In this document: positions 26,761 through 40,477 of the stretch, one piece after another
Position numbering within the stretch: position 1 is the stretch's first letter
Layout: each line of letters begins with the position of its first letter
DNA from: Malacoraja senta
Taxonomy: Eukaryota
Assembly: GCA_038087875.1 (NCBI GenBank)
Contig: CM075998.1
Location: forward strand, 3,598,001 to 3,662,000
Direction of reading: 5' to 3'
Length of the DNA: 64,000 nt
Program-made: the position numbers and the translations under genes
The notes under the pieces: model-generated
Seen by the model: the letters and a program-made list of their open reading frames with translations, nothing else
Database searches by the model: none
What the model was told of the DNA's origin: nothing

Positions 26761-26788
26761 CTGAAGAAGGGTCTCGACCCGAAACGTC
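26761..26788 (+). ncRNA. Minimal type I hammerhead ribozyme motif in a Penelope terminal repeat (representative copy; also 12094-12121 +, 40336-40363 +, 54484-54511 -)
   Basis: CUGAAGA-A-GGGU(CUCG)ACCC-GAAA-C-GUC: hammerhead core, stem II and NUH triplet, with a palindromic ACGU in place of stem III. Confidence 0.7.
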
Positions 26789-26918
26789 ACCCGTTCCTTC
26801 TCTCCAGAGATGCTGCCTGACCTGCTGAGTTACTCCAGCATTTTGTGTCTATCTTCGGTGTAAACCAGCATCTGCAGTTCCTTCCCACACATTCCAACTC
26901 GAAAGCATTGGTGAGTAA

Positions 26919-27145
26919 AGGGCCTGGCCCACTTTCACGACCTAATTCACGACCTTTTTTACTCGTGGACATTTTTCATCAGGCTAGAAAAACGCCCCGA
27001 CCTACTTGATGCCACGAGTACCTACGACTAGCATCACGGCCTGCTAGGACCTACCTACGACCTTGTGACGACCATGCTGCGAGTATGAGTCAAGGGCAAA
27101 CTCGGCAGAGGTCGTGGATTAGGTCGTGAAAGTGGGACGGGCTCT
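26919..27145. mobile_element. PIF/Harbinger-type MITE
   Basis: Imperfect TIRs of ~35 bp with TAA on both sides. Confidence 0.85.
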
Positions 27146-28876
27146 TAACTCTGCCACTTTCCATGTTCTTCATGAGCTGTCTGTCTTTTTTTCCCCCTCA
27201 TCCCTTGCTTTTCCTGTGTTATTCCCAACCTCTTCCCATCTATTCCACATATTCTCTTATATTTATTCATTTAGTCACAGAGTCATACAGCATGGAAACA
27301 GGCCCTTCAGCCCAACTTGCTTTGCCCCACGCTGACCAATTTGCCCCATATATTCTACTCCACCTGCCCGTGTTTGTCCCATATCTCTCTAAACCTTTCC
27401 TATCCAAATGTCTTTTAAATGTTGAGATAGTCCCAGCCTCAACAACCTCCTCTGGCAACCACCTTCAACTAGCATCGCAACCGGCTTCGACTAAAAAAAT
27501 TACCGATTTTTAAAACGGCAACCTATTTTTAGTCGCGGCCGGTTTTGAATTTTTTGAAATAATCGCCGGAACATAGAAGAAGCGGAAACCACTTTTGACC
27601 ATTAGGGAGACTGACAAAAACCTCCGGGAACCGCACGGAAACCTTGGGTGGGGTGCAAAGTCTCCAGAGGTTTCTGTTCAGGTTTCCTAAGTGGGACAGG
27701 GGCATTAGCAACATCTTGTACAACTGTAACATAACCTAGAAGAAGAGTCAACCAGTCCATACTAATCCCACTTACCACCACTTGGTCTGTCGCCAATTCA
27801 AGTGTTCATCCAGATACTTCTCCGATGTCGTGAGAGTCTCCAAAGTCCCAGTCTGCTCAATCTCTCCCTATAGTTCGTTGGTTCCATCGAGTCCTGGCAA
27901 CATCCTCGTAAATCTTCTCTGCACCCTTTTTCCAGCTTGACAACATCTTTACTATTTAAGAAGGAACTGCAGATGCTGGAAAATCGAAGGTAGACAAAAG
28001 TGCTGGAGAAACTCAGCGGGTGCAGCAGCATCTATGGAGCGAAGGAAATAGGCAACGTTTCGTGCCGAAACGTTGCCTATTTCCTTCGCTCCATAGATGC
28101 TGCTGCACCCGACTGAGTTTCTCCAGCACTTTTGTCCACCTAACATCTTTACTATAACAGGGTGACCAAAACTGAGCACAATACTTCAAATGTGGCCTCG
28201 CCAATGTCTTGTGCAACTGTAACATAACATCCCAACTTCTATACTCAATACCGATGAAGGCCAAGGTGCCAAATGCCATCTTTACCATCCTATTTACTCG
28301 TGACGCCATTTTCAAGGAACCATGCACCTGTACTCCTAGATCCCTCTGGTCTACAACACTCCCCAGAGGCCTACCATTCACTGTGTAGGTCCTGCCCTTG
28401 TTCGATGTCCCAAAATGCAACACCTCACACTTCTCTGTATTATTCTCTGTATTATTCTGTGAGGGCGGTGGAGGCAGGTTCTCTGGATGCTTTCAAGAGA
28501 GAGCTAGATAGGGCTCTTAGAAATAGTGGAGTCAGGGGATATGGGGAGAAAGCAGGAACGGGGTACTGATTGGGGATGATCAGCCATGATCACATTGAAT
28601 GGCGGTGCTGGCTCGAAGGGCCGAATGGCCGAATGGCCAACTCCTGCACCTATTGTCTATTGTCAATTGTCTAAACTCCACTAACCCACCTGGCCAACTG
28701 ATCAAGATCCTGCTGTGAATTTCTGATAACCAACTTCGCTATCTACGATGCCACCCACTTTTATGTCATCTGCAAACTTACTAATCAAGCCTTGCACATT
28801 TTTATTACAACAATGAGTTCCATGTACCACCTTAGAATGTAGAAACAAGAAACTGAAGATACCAGACACAACTTGG

Positions 28877-29527
28877 TGGAGTAACTCAGCGGGTCAGGCA
28901 GCATCTGTGGAGAACATGGATAGGTGACGTTTCACAGAGTGCTGGAGTAACTCAGCGGGTCAGGCAGCATCTGTGGAGAACATGGATAGGTGACGTTTCA
29001 CAGAGTGCCGGAGTAACTCAGCGGGTCAGGCAGCATCTGTGGAGAACATGGATAGGTGGCGTTTCACAGAGTGCTGGAGTAACTCAGCGGGTCAGGCAGC
29101 ATCTGTGGAGAACATGGATAGGTGACGTTTCACAGAGTGCTGGAGTAACTCAGCGGGTCAGGCAGCATCTGTGGAGAACATGGATAGGTGACGTTTCACA
29201 GAGTGCTGGAGTAACTCAGCGGGTCAGGCAGCATCTGTGGAGAACATGGATAGGTGACGTTTCACAGAGTGCTGGAGTAACTCAGCGGGTCAGGCAGCAT
29301 CTGTGGAGAACATGGATAGGTGACGTTTCACAGAGTGCTGGAGTAAGTCAGCGGGTCAGGCAGCATCTGTGGAGAACATGGATAGGTGACGTTTCACAGA
29401 GTGCTGGAGTAACTCAGCGGGTCAGGCAGCATCTGTGGAGAACATGGATAGGTGACGTTTCACAGAGTGCTGGAGTAACTCAGCGGGTCAGGCAGCATCT
29501 GTGGAGAACATGGATAGGTGATGTTTC
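28877..29527 (-). repeat. 66-bp tandem array, ~10 near-identical units derived from the Penelope terminal repeat
   Basis: GTAACTCAGC (GTAAGTCAGC in one unit) recurs at 28881, 28947, 29013 ... 29475, a period of 66. Confidence 0.95.
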
Positions 29528-30632
29528 AGGTCAGGGCCAGAGACGTCACCTATCCACGTTCTCCAGACATACTGCCTGACCCGCTGAGTTACTCCAGCAC
29601 ATTGTGACTCCATGTATCCCTTGTTCATTTTCTAGTTCTTTTCTAATCCCTTCTTAGTTTAGTTTAGAGATACAGCGTGGAAACAGGCCCTTCGGCCCAC
29701 CGAGTCCGTGCCGACCAGCAATCCCCGCACACTAACACTATCCTGCACACATTAGAGACAATGTACAATTTTACCGAAGCCAATTAACCTACAAACCTGT
29801 ACGTCTTTGGAATGTGGGAGGAAACCGGAGCACCCGGAGAAAACCCACGCAGGTCACGGGGGAGAACGTACAAAAACTCCGTACAGACAGCACCCGTAGT
29901 CAGGATCGAAGCCAGGTCTCTGGCGCTGTGAGGCAGCAACTCTACTGCTGCGCCACCGTGCCGCCCTAATTTATTTAACTACGGTATCGTGAAACAGCAG
30001 AGAGTTTCTCCCTCAACTTTGAAAGTCAAACTGCTTCTTCACAATTTCTTTATGGCGCAAAATCCCCATGTTTATCTTTGCTCCTTTGTGCCGATTTCCC
30101 TTTCCACACATCAGCTCATTCACCTTTCTAAAACCCGCTCTGCCCTGGTTCCTGCGTTTGGTGCTCAGACCTTCTCTCATGTTCACTACTCCCAAAGTGA
30201 TCACTCACATTGAGCTCAGCATTGCTCACAACCCATGACTATTCCAGCAATGCCATTTCCCTGGTAGATATGAGCACCCCTGTTTGAGGAGATACTCTGG
30301 CACCCGGGATTTTGTTCCTCTTGCCCACTTGTCCCGTCCCCTCTCTCCCCGAGTCAAGAGGTGGCAACTCAAACCTCTCAATGGCCATTTTGTTATTTCT
30401 ACTCGCGCATAATTCTATTCTCATCGATTTCCTTCACACAGTCATCAGCTCTTTGGAACACCTTTTTAAATCTTACCCTAGTCTGAACAGAAATGCTCTC
30501 TTTGCAGCAAGCATTTCCACTTTCCACAATGCTCCCACTCCCCATTCTCCTTTAGTATACATGCTGCCCTCCGCATAATATTGCAAACTGATATAGAAGA
30601 TAGAACAGTACAGACACAAAATGCTGGAGCAA

Positions 30633-31225
30633 AGGGCTGTCCCACTTGGACGACCTAATCCACCAGTTTAGAAGACCCTAGACGAGTTGAAAAAATTGTC
30701 AAGGTCGTGTTGACTCACCGAAGTAAAAGACCTCCTACGACCTCCGACGACTATGTCTACGACCTCCTACGACTATGTCTACGACCTCCTACGACTATGT
30801 CTACGACCTCCTACGACTATGTCTACGACCTCCTACGACCTCCCTCGACCTCAGTCTTCCACACCTAAGACCAACTACGACTAGCTACGAGTGGAAAATT
30901 AGCACATGATAAAATGATGTCGGGCCAGTTACCAACCTACGACTACCTACGACTACCATCACGACCTACTACGACCTACCTACCAGTAAAAAGCATCCAT
31001 TTTTTCCATGCCAACCTTTTTTTTTTAAACTCGTGGACATTTTTTTATCAGGCTGGAAAATACGCCGCAACCTACTTGAGGCCACGGGTATGCGGGGACC
31101 ACTCACGAGCATGAGGAAGAGTTACGAAGACCTCCTACGACCTCGTGGCGACCACGCTGCGAGTCCAAGTCAAGGGCAAACTCGGCAGAGGTCGCCAAGT
31201 AGGTGGTGAAAGTGGGACAGGGGCT
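30633..31225 (+). mobile_element. PIF/Harbinger-type MITE with internal 22-bp minisatellite (4 units)
   Basis: TIRs AGGGCTGTCCCACTT / AAGTGGGACAGGGGCT. Splits a Penelope terminal repeat at its GAG-TAA-CT site (flanks CAA and TAA). Confidence 0.85.
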
Positions 31226-33696
31226 TAACTTGGCGGGACAAGCAGCATCCCTGGAGAGAAGGAATGGGGTGACGTTTCGGGTCTCCCGAAATGTCACCCC
31301 ATTCCTTCTCTCCAGGGGATGCTGCCTGTCCCGCTGAGTTACTCCAGCATTTTGTGTCTATCTTCGATTTAAACCAGCATCTGCAGTTCTTTCCTACGCA
31401 TAGAACAGTACAGCACAGGAATAGGTCCTTAGGACCGCGATGTCTGTGCCGAGCATGATGCCAATTTAACTCATCCCACCAGCCTGTACATGGTCTGTAT
31501 CCCTCCATTCACTGTCTGTTTATGCGCCTGTCTAAATCCCTCTGAAATGTTGCTATCACATCTGCTTCTACCACCTCCCCTGGCAGAAACGCTCTGGACA
31601 CCAACACTCGAAACAGAAGCTTGCCTCGCAAATCTCCTTCAAACTTTCCCCCTCTACCCATAAAGTTGTGCCCTGTAATAGTCATAGAGTGACACAGCGT
31701 GGAAACAGGCCCTTCGGCCCAACATGTCCCATCTACACTAGTCCCACCTGCCTGCGCTTGCCCCATCTCCCTCTAAACCTGTCCTATCCATGTACCCCTT
31801 CAGAGTGCCTCTTAAACATTGCGATCATCCCCTGTCTCAACTATCTCCTCCGGCAGCTCGTTCCATACGCCCACCACCCTTTGTGTGAAAAAAGTCACCC
31901 CATCAGATTCCTATTAAATCTTGCCGCGTCCCCATAAACCTCTGTCCTCTGGCCCTCGATTCCCTACTCTGGGCAAGGGACTCTGTGCGCCAAGATCAAT
32001 CAGCCACGATTGAATGGCGGAGTAGACTTGATGGGCCGAATGGCCTAATTCTTCTCCTATCACTTCTGAATTTATGAACTTATTTATGGTATATCTTCGT
32101 CTGGCACTACTGCAGGTTGTTTCTGTGCTTTAACTAAGTGCGTATCTGAGTGAATGTTGTGTGGGTGTTAATGCTGGAAGCCGGGAGCACTTCCCCCAGT
32201 CACTGCCAGGTCAGAGGTGCTGAGCGAAGTTGCTCCTGATGTGAATCAGAGTCTCAGCCTCAGCTGAGCCTCTTGTGCATCAGATATTGTCCCCACGGGG
32301 CCATAGTAACCATTTCCAAATGAGATTTCCAATTTAGTGCTAATTAATGCCTGCTGGGTCCTTGATTGCAAATGCTCAGACTCTCTCATCAATTATGACA
32401 TCAGAGTCGGTCATCATCCCTGCCTTGAAAGGAGAGGATTCAGCACAGTTTGGAAACATAGCAACACAGAAAATAGGTGCAGGAGGAGGCCATTCGGCCC
32501 TTCGAGCCCCCACTGCCATTCATTGGGATTGACAGAGGGATAGACAGAGTTGACGTGGATAAGCTTTTTTCCATTGAGAGTAGGGAAGATTCAAACAAGA
32601 GGACATGATTTGAGAATTAAGGGACAAAGGTTCAGGGGTAACATGAGGGGAACTTCTTTACTCAGAGAGTGGTAGCTGTGTGGAATGAGCTTCCAGTGGA
32701 AGTGGTGGAGGCAGGTTCGATTTTATCATTTAAAAATAAATTGGATAGGTATATGGACGGGAAAGGAATGGAGGGTTATGGTCTGAGTGCAGGTAGATGG
32801 GACTAGGTGAGAGTAAGTGTTCGGCACGGACTAGAAGGGCCGAGATGGCCTGTTTCCGTGCTGTAATTGTTATATGGTTATATGGTTATTGTGATCATGG
32901 CTGATCATCCCCAATCAGTAACCCGTGCCTGCCTTCTCCCCATATCCCTTGATTCCACTAGCCCCTAGAGCTCTATCTAACTCTCTTTTAAATTCATCCA
33001 GTGAATTGGCCTCCACTGCCCTCTGTGGCAGAGAATTCCACAAATTCACAACTCTCTGGGTAAAAGTTAGTTCTCATCTCAGTTTTAAATGGCCTCCCCT
33101 TTATTCTTAGACTGTGTGACCCCTGGTTCTGGACTCCCTCAACATTGGGAACATGTTTCCTGCATCTAGCCTGTCCAGTCATTTTATAATTGTATACGTT
33201 TCTATATGAGTTAAGTTCAGCTACCTTTTGTACAGTCTAATTCCTACGGTGCTTTCAATCCACTGCCTGCTCCACAACAAAACACCCATCCCATTGAACA
33301 ATATAAGCAAGGCACTTGACTCCCTAAAGGGAAGGGGCGTGGAGTTCCCAAGTCCCACACTTATCTAGTGAGGGACTCATCCACAACAATCCCATTAGAG
33401 TCACAGAGTGATACAGTGTGGAAACAGGCCTTCGGCCAACTTGCCCACACCGGCCAACAATGTCCCATCTACACTAGTCCCACCTGCCTGTGTTTGGTCC
33501 ATATCCCTCCAAACCTGTCCTATCCATGTACCTGTCTAACTGTTTCTTAAATATTGGGATAGTCCCAGCCTCAACTACCTCCTCTAGCAACCTTGTTCCA
33601 TACACCCACCACCCTCTGTGTGAAAAAGTTACCCATTGTGACTGCCAGAGGAGGTAGTTGAGGCTGGGACTATCGCACCAATTATGAAACACTTAA

Positions 33697-34014
33697 AGGC
33701 CTGTCCCACTGTACGAGTTCATTCAAGAGCTCTCCCGGGTAAAAAAAAATAATCTAACTCGTGGTAAGCACGTGGAACGTACGTAGCGGGTACGTCGGAG
33801 CTCGGGGACGTCTCTTAGCGGCTCGTAACGCTAACGGCAGGTACTCGGGAAACGCGGTAAACTTGGAAAGACTCGTGACGATTTTTCAACATGTTGAAAA
33901 ATGTCCACGAGAGCCCCGAGTACTTGCGAGCGGCCATTACCGTAAATTTCCGAGTTCGAATCAGGGCAAACTCGGGAGAACTCTTGAATGAACTCGTACA
34001 GTGGGACAGGGCCA
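33697..34014. mobile_element. PIF/Harbinger-type MITE
   Basis: TIRs AGGCCTGTCCCACTGTACGAGTTCATTCAAGAG and its reverse complement, TAA TSD. Confidence 0.85.
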
Positions 34015-37000
34015 TAAGGTTAATGGATAAGGCAGGTTTAGAGGGATTTGGGCCAAACGCAGGCAGGTGGGACTAGTGTAGATGTTGGTCTGTGTCAGCA
34101 CTATCCCACACACACTAGGGACAATTTACAATCTTTACCAAAGCCAATTAGCCTAAAAACCTGTACATCTTTGGAGTGTGGGAGGAAACCGGAGATCCCG
34201 GGGAAAACCCACTCGGTCTCGGGGAGAACGTACAAACTCCATACAGACAGCAACCGTAGTCAGGATCGAATCCGGGTCTCTGGCGCTGAGAGGCAGCAAC
34301 TCTACCGCTGCGCCACCAACCTGTCCGCCCTGATCTATCAATAATTTATCTTGCTCCTCTTCGGATACCCTTCGGTAGTCTGGCTTCCACCACTCCGAGG
34401 GGCAGAGAGGCTCAGAGATCCAACACCTTCTGAGAGAAGACATTTCGACACACCTCAGTTTTAAATGACCGGCCCCTTATCTGGTGGTCATGTCCCCTTG
34501 ACTCTCCCACTAGTGGAAACATCTCAATAGTCACCTTGTTCTGCCCACTGAGGATCTTACAGTTTGAACAAGGTCACCCTTCATTCCCCTAAACTCCAGG
34601 CAGCACATACCCAAACCCAAACTGCGCCTCTACTTCCTGAGAAGATTACGGAGAGTCGGTTTGTCAAGGAGGACTCTCTCGAACTTCTACAGGTGCACAG
34701 TAGAGAGCATGCTGACCGGTTGCATCGTGGCTTGGTTCGGCAACTTGTGCGCCCAGGAGCGGAAAGACTGCAAAAAGTTGTAAACACTGCCCAGTCCATC
34801 ATCGGCTCTGACCTCCCCACCATCGAGGGATCGATCGCAGTCGCTGCCTCAAAAGGCTGGCAGCATCATCAAGGACCCACACCATCCTGGCCACACACTC
34901 ATCTCCCCGCTGCCTCCAGGTAGAAGGTACAGGAGCCTGAAATCTGCAAACATCCAGGTTCAGGAATAGCTGCTTCCCCACAGCCATCAGGCTATTAAAC
35001 TCAACTCAAACAAAAATCTGAACTTTAATAGCCTATTGCACTTTATCTGGTTATTTATGTGTGTGTATATATATATTCAATGGTGTATGGACACACTGGT
35101 CAGTTCTGTATTATTTATGTCCAACTATGTTCTGTTGTGCTGAAGCAAAGCAAGAATTTCATTGTCCTATCTGGGACACATGACAATAAACTCTCTTGAA
35201 TCTTGAATCTATTTCTCACAGCGCCAGAGTCCCGGTTCCATCCTGACCTCGGGTGCTGTCTGTGTGGAGTTTGCACATTCTCCCCCCCCCCTCCACAGAC
35301 ATGTGGGTTTGTAGTTAATTGGCCCCTGTAAATTTGCCCCCTAGTGTGTCGGGAGTGGATGGGAAAGTGGGATCATGTAGACATAGTGAGAACGGGTGAT
35401 CGATGGTGGGCGTGGACTCAGGCGGCTGAAGGGCCTGTTTCCGTGCTGTACCACTCGGTGACTCTCTTGAGAGGACGACCATCTCATCTCGGGAACCGGC
35501 CTTGCCCTCACCTGCGATGTCCTTCGTTGGCTTCCTTCCAATACCCGCCTCTTCAACTCCATCTCCATCTGCCTCCTCCAGCCTTTACTCACCTGTTTCT
35601 GCAAACACCTCAGGTGTCAAATTTTGCTTTGCAAAGTGGCATGGATAGGGCAGGTTTGGAGGGAGATGGGCCAAGCGCAGGCAGGTAGGGGTGGGACTAG
35701 TGTGTGCCATAGAAACATAGAAACATAGAAAATAGGTGCAGGAGGAGGCCATTCGGCCCTTCGAGCCAGCACCGCCATTCATTGTGATCATGGCTGATCG
35801 TTCCCAATCAATAACCCGTGCCTGCCTTCTCCCCATATCCCTTGACTCCACCAGTCCCTAGAGCTCTATCTAACTCTCTCTTAAATCCATCCAGTGATTT
35901 GGCCTCCACTGCCCTCTGTGGCAGGGAATTCCATAAATTCACAACTCTCTGGGTGAAAATGTTTTTTCTCACCTCAGTCTTAAATGACCTCCCCTTTATT
36001 CTAAGACTGTGGCCCCTGGTTCTGGACTCGCCCAACATTGGGAACATTTTTCCTGCATTTAGCTTGTCCAGTCCTTTTATAATTTTATATGTTTCTATAA
36101 GATCCCCCCTCATCCTTCTAAACTCCAGTGAATACAAGCCTAGTCTTTCAATCTTTCCTCATATGACAGTTCCGCCATCCCAGGGATCAACCTCGTGATC
36201 CTACGCTGCACTGCCTCAATCACAAGGATGTCCTTCCTCAAATTAGGAGACCAAAACTGTACACAATACTCCAGATGTGGTCTCACCAGAGCCCTATACA
36301 ACTGCAGAAGAACCTCTTTACTCCTATACTGAAATCCTCTTGTTATGAAGGCCAACATTCCATTAGCTTTCAGTTGTCATAGGATCATAAGAGATAGGAG
36401 TAGAATTAGGCCATTTGGCCCATCAAGTCTACTCCGCCATCCAATCATGCTGTCTCTCCTCCTAACCCCCATTCTTCTGCCTTCTCCCCATAACCCCTGA
36501 TGGGTAATGTTGGTCGGTGTGGGCTAGTTGGGCCTGTTTCCACACTGTGTGACTCTCTCAAACTCCTAATCTGAGGAAAGACATTCTTGCCATAGAGGGA
36601 GTACAGAGAAGGTTCACCAGACTGATTCCTGGGATGGCAGGACTTTCATATGAAGAAAGACTGGATAGACTCGGCTTGTACTCGCTAGAATTTAGAGGAT
36701 TGAGGGGGGATCTTATAGAAACTTACAAAATGCTTAAGGGGTTGGACAGGCTAGATGCAGGAAGATTGTTCCCGATGTTGGGGAAGTCCAGAGTGGGGGT
36801 CACAGTTTAAGGATAAGGGGAAGTCTTTTTGGACCTAGATGAGAACCCCAGAGAGTGGTGAATCTGTGGAATTCTCTGCCACAGAAGGTAGTTGAGGCCA
36901 GTTCATTGGCTATATTTAAGAGGGAGTTAGATGTGGCCCTTGTGGCTAAAGGGATCAGGGGGTATGGAGAGAAGGCAAAGGTACAGGATACTGAGTTGGA

Positions 37001-37324
37001 TGATCAGCCATGATCATATTGAATGGCGGTGCAGGCTCGAAGGGCCGAATGGCCTCTACCCCTGCACTTATTGTCTATGTTTCTATGTTTCCAAGAGTCT
37101 TGGCGGTGCTATCTGGCGTTTGGAGGCTGTTTACACTGTGTGGCTTTGACCGATACTGCATTCAACAAATTATACTTGAATCAGAATCACACGCAGCTCC
37201 TTAAGTTGCTACCCTCGGCGTGCGGTGCTGCTGCTGCAGATGGCATGGACCTCCCTCCCTTCCACAAAACAAGGCTCGCCAGCAGCCAGCCCTGTGTAAA
37301 TCTCGGCAGACCCGGTGTCCGAGC

Positions 37325-37546
37325 TGGGCTTGGGCTTGGGCTTGGGCTTGGGCTTGGGCGAGACCCACCACCACCACCCGCCCTCGCTCCTGGCTAACAA
37401 GGAGGCTTGTGCCGCACAGCCCTCTTTGCCTCTGCAAATCGCCACCCAACAGCGAGAGTTACCATTACAACGATGGCAACAACCAGAGCAACAACCAGAG
37501 CAACAACCAGAGCAACAACCAGAGCAACAACAACAACAACAACAAC
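37325..37546. repeat. (GGGCTT)n, (CCA)n, (CAACAACCAGAG)n and (CAA)n simple repeats
   Basis: Direct reading of the sequence. Confidence 0.95.
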
Positions 37547-38124
37547 GAAATATGCAATTGAGCTGCAGCGGGAGGAAGACCCCCAAAAACCACAACAACA
37601 CCGAATGAAATCCCTTTGATGCTATTAAACATAGTTAAATTATTTCTAGTCTTTGTGTTCATGTGCATGGATAAATCAGCACTGGGTTTAATGTGTTAAA
37701 GAAGGAACTGCAGATGCTGGAAAATCGAAGGGAGACAAAAATGCTGGAGAAACTCAGCGGGTGCAGCAGCATCTATGGAGGGAAGGTTTCGGCCCGAAAC
37801 GTTGCCTATTTCCTTCGCTCCATAGATGCTGCTGCACCCGCTGAGTTTCTCCAGCATTTTGTCTCCCCTGAATGAAAATACCCATGGATGAGGTTGCTGG
37901 TCGTCTCTGCATTTAACGGTTGCAAAACGACACACAAAATGAAACCAGTCGTATGTCCCCTCCCCTCCCTCCCCTCCCTCCCCTCCCTCCCCTCCCCTCC
38001 CTCACTCCCAATTTTACTCCCCCCAAATATCAAATCCTTCATGGCTCCGTTTTTTTTTAAATCTCTGCCAGAATAACAGCACAGGATGCAGAAATGGATT
38101 TGAAAGGTTCCTATCGCCGAGACG

Positions 38125-38445
38125 ACTCCCTCTCTCCCTCTCTCCCTCTTCCTCTCTCTCTGTCTCCCTCCCTCTCTCTGTCTCCCCCCTCCCTCTCTCG
38201 TCTCTGTCCCTCCCCCCTCTCTCTGTCTCTGTCTCCCTCTCCCTCTCTCTGTCTCCCTCCCTCTCCCTCCCTCCCCCTCCCTCTCTCTGTCTCCCCCCCA
38301 CTCTCTCTCCCCCCCACTCTCTCTCCCCCCTACTCTCTCTCCCCCCTCTCTCTCTCCCCCCTCTCTCCCTCTCTCCCTCTCTCCCTCTCTCCCTCTCTCC
38401 CTCTCTCCCTCTCTCCCTCCCCTCTCTCTCTCCCTCTCCCCCCTT
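38125..38445. repeat. Imperfect (CT)n polypyrimidine tract
   Basis: About 320 bp of almost pure C/T. Confidence 0.95.
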
Positions 38446-40477
38446 TAGGATTCTCGGTTTCATTTCAATGCATTTCCACCTTTCGTGATTGAATGACATT
38501 TGACAGATTGCAGGGTTTCTTCCAACCCACACCCACCCCCACCCCACACCCTAAAGATTTTTTTTTTTTAAACCCAGAAGGCTCACAGCCCCCGCTAGGA
38601 AATGCAAGAGCCCCAGGCCGAGCCAGGCTTGTCTGCTTACCTGCTATGCGTTTGTATGCATGGTCTGCTGCTCACTCTCTCTGTCTCGCTTCGTGGACGG
38701 CTGCATACCGCATTGTGATTTCTCCGCAGCTCCAGAAGCTTTCGCCGGTCACTCGAGTTGTCGAGAATCGGCATCCACTCCTCCAGCGGGGCACTCGGGA
38801 ATAGCAGAGAAAACAGAGGGGAGGAGAGCAATCCGTCCTCACCAGCTTATAAAACCCGGGCTGGAGCAACGAATCGCCCCCGAATCGCAATGTGTTAGCC
38901 AGTGACTTTCCTTCTCGGCCTCAGGTTCTCTGGATGCTTTCAAGAGAGATTTCAAGCTAGATAGGGCTCTTAAAGATAGCGGATTGGGGATGATCAGCCA
39001 TGATCACAGTGAATGGCGGTGCTGGCTCGAAGGGCCGAATGGCCGACTCCTGCACCTATTGTCCATTGTCTAATCGAAGGTAGGCAAAAGTGCTGGAGAA
39101 ACTCAGCGGGTGCAGCAGCATCTATGGAGCGAAGGAAATAGGCTACGTTCCAGGCCGAAACCCTTCTTCCATTGTCTAATACATTGCCTTGGACGGATTT
39201 CTACCAACAGTTCCCCGTGAAAGGGGCAAGATACCAGAGAAGATAGAGGCAAAATGCTGGAGTAACTCAGCGGGACAGGCAGCATCTCTGGAGAGAAGGA
39301 ATGGGTGACGTTTCCGGTCGAGACCCTTCTTCAGACTGAGCATATCTATCATGATCATGCTGCTGCACCCGCAGAGTTTCTCCAGCATTTTTGTCTACCT
39401 TCGATTTTCCAGCATCTGCAGTTCCTTCTTAAACAACATATCTATCATGAATTTGTTCTATGTACCTTTTCATATGATCACATTGAATGGTGGTGCTGGC
39501 TCAAAGGACCAAATGGCCTACTCCTGCACCTATTTTCCATGTTTCAATAGACAATAGGTTCAGGAGTAGGCCATTCGGCCCCGAGCCAGCACCGCCATTC
39601 AATGTGATCATGGCTGATCATCCCCAATTAGTACCCTGTTCCTGCCTTCTCCCCATATCCCCCGACTCCGCTATTTTTAAGAGCCCTATCTAGGTCTCTC
39701 TTGAAACCATCCGGAGAACCTGCCTCCACCGCCCTCTGAGGCAGAGAATTCCACAGACTCACAACTCTCTGTGAGAAAAAGTGTTTCCTCGTCTCCGTTC
39801 TAAATGGCTTACTCCTTATTCTTAAACTGTGGCCCCTGGTTCTGGACTCCCCCAACATCGGGAACATGTTTCCTGCCTCTAGCGTGTCCAAAACCTTAAC
39901 AATCTTATATGTTTCAATGAGATCCCCTCTCATCCTTCTAAACACCAGAGTGTACAAGCCCAGCTGCTCCATTCTCTCAGCATGTGACAGTCCCGCCATC
40001 CCAGGAATTAACCTTGTAAACCTACGCTGCACTTCCTCAATAGCAAGAATGTCCTTCCTCAAATTAGGGGACCGAAACTGCACACACTACTCCAGCTGTG
40101 GTCTCACTAGGCCTCTGTACAACTGCAGAAGGACCTCTTTGCTCCTATATTCGATGCCTCTTGTTATAAAGGCCAACATGCCATTCGCTTTCACACTGCC
40201 TGCTGTACCTACATGCTTACTTTCATAGACTGATGTACAAGGACCCCCCAGATCCCGTTGTACTTCCCCTTTTCCCAACTTGACGCCACTTAGATAGTTT
40301 CTAAATCTCTCGGTTGCCTCTCCCCGACTCTCAGTCTGAAGAAGGGTCTCGACCCGAAACATCACCCATTCCTTCTCTCCAGAGATGCTGCCTGACCCGC
40401 TGAGCTACTCCAGCATTTTGTGTCCATATTCGGCGTAAACCAGCATCTGCAGTTCCTTCCCACACATAGATACCAGA

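Noticed and set aside
28877..29527. CRISPR-like regular array
   Set aside because: Units are contiguous and near-identical with no unique spacers, there are no cas genes, and the context is eukaryotic; it derives from a Penelope repeat.
37201..37668. PolyQ, polyC, polyN and polyL ORFs resembling a transcription factor or Cys-rich protein
   Set aside because: All six frames are open because of simple repeats; there is no domain or convincing exon structure.
38014..38547. Arg/Glu-rich and Ser/Leu/Pro-rich ORFs
   Set aside because: Artefacts of the (CT)n tract.
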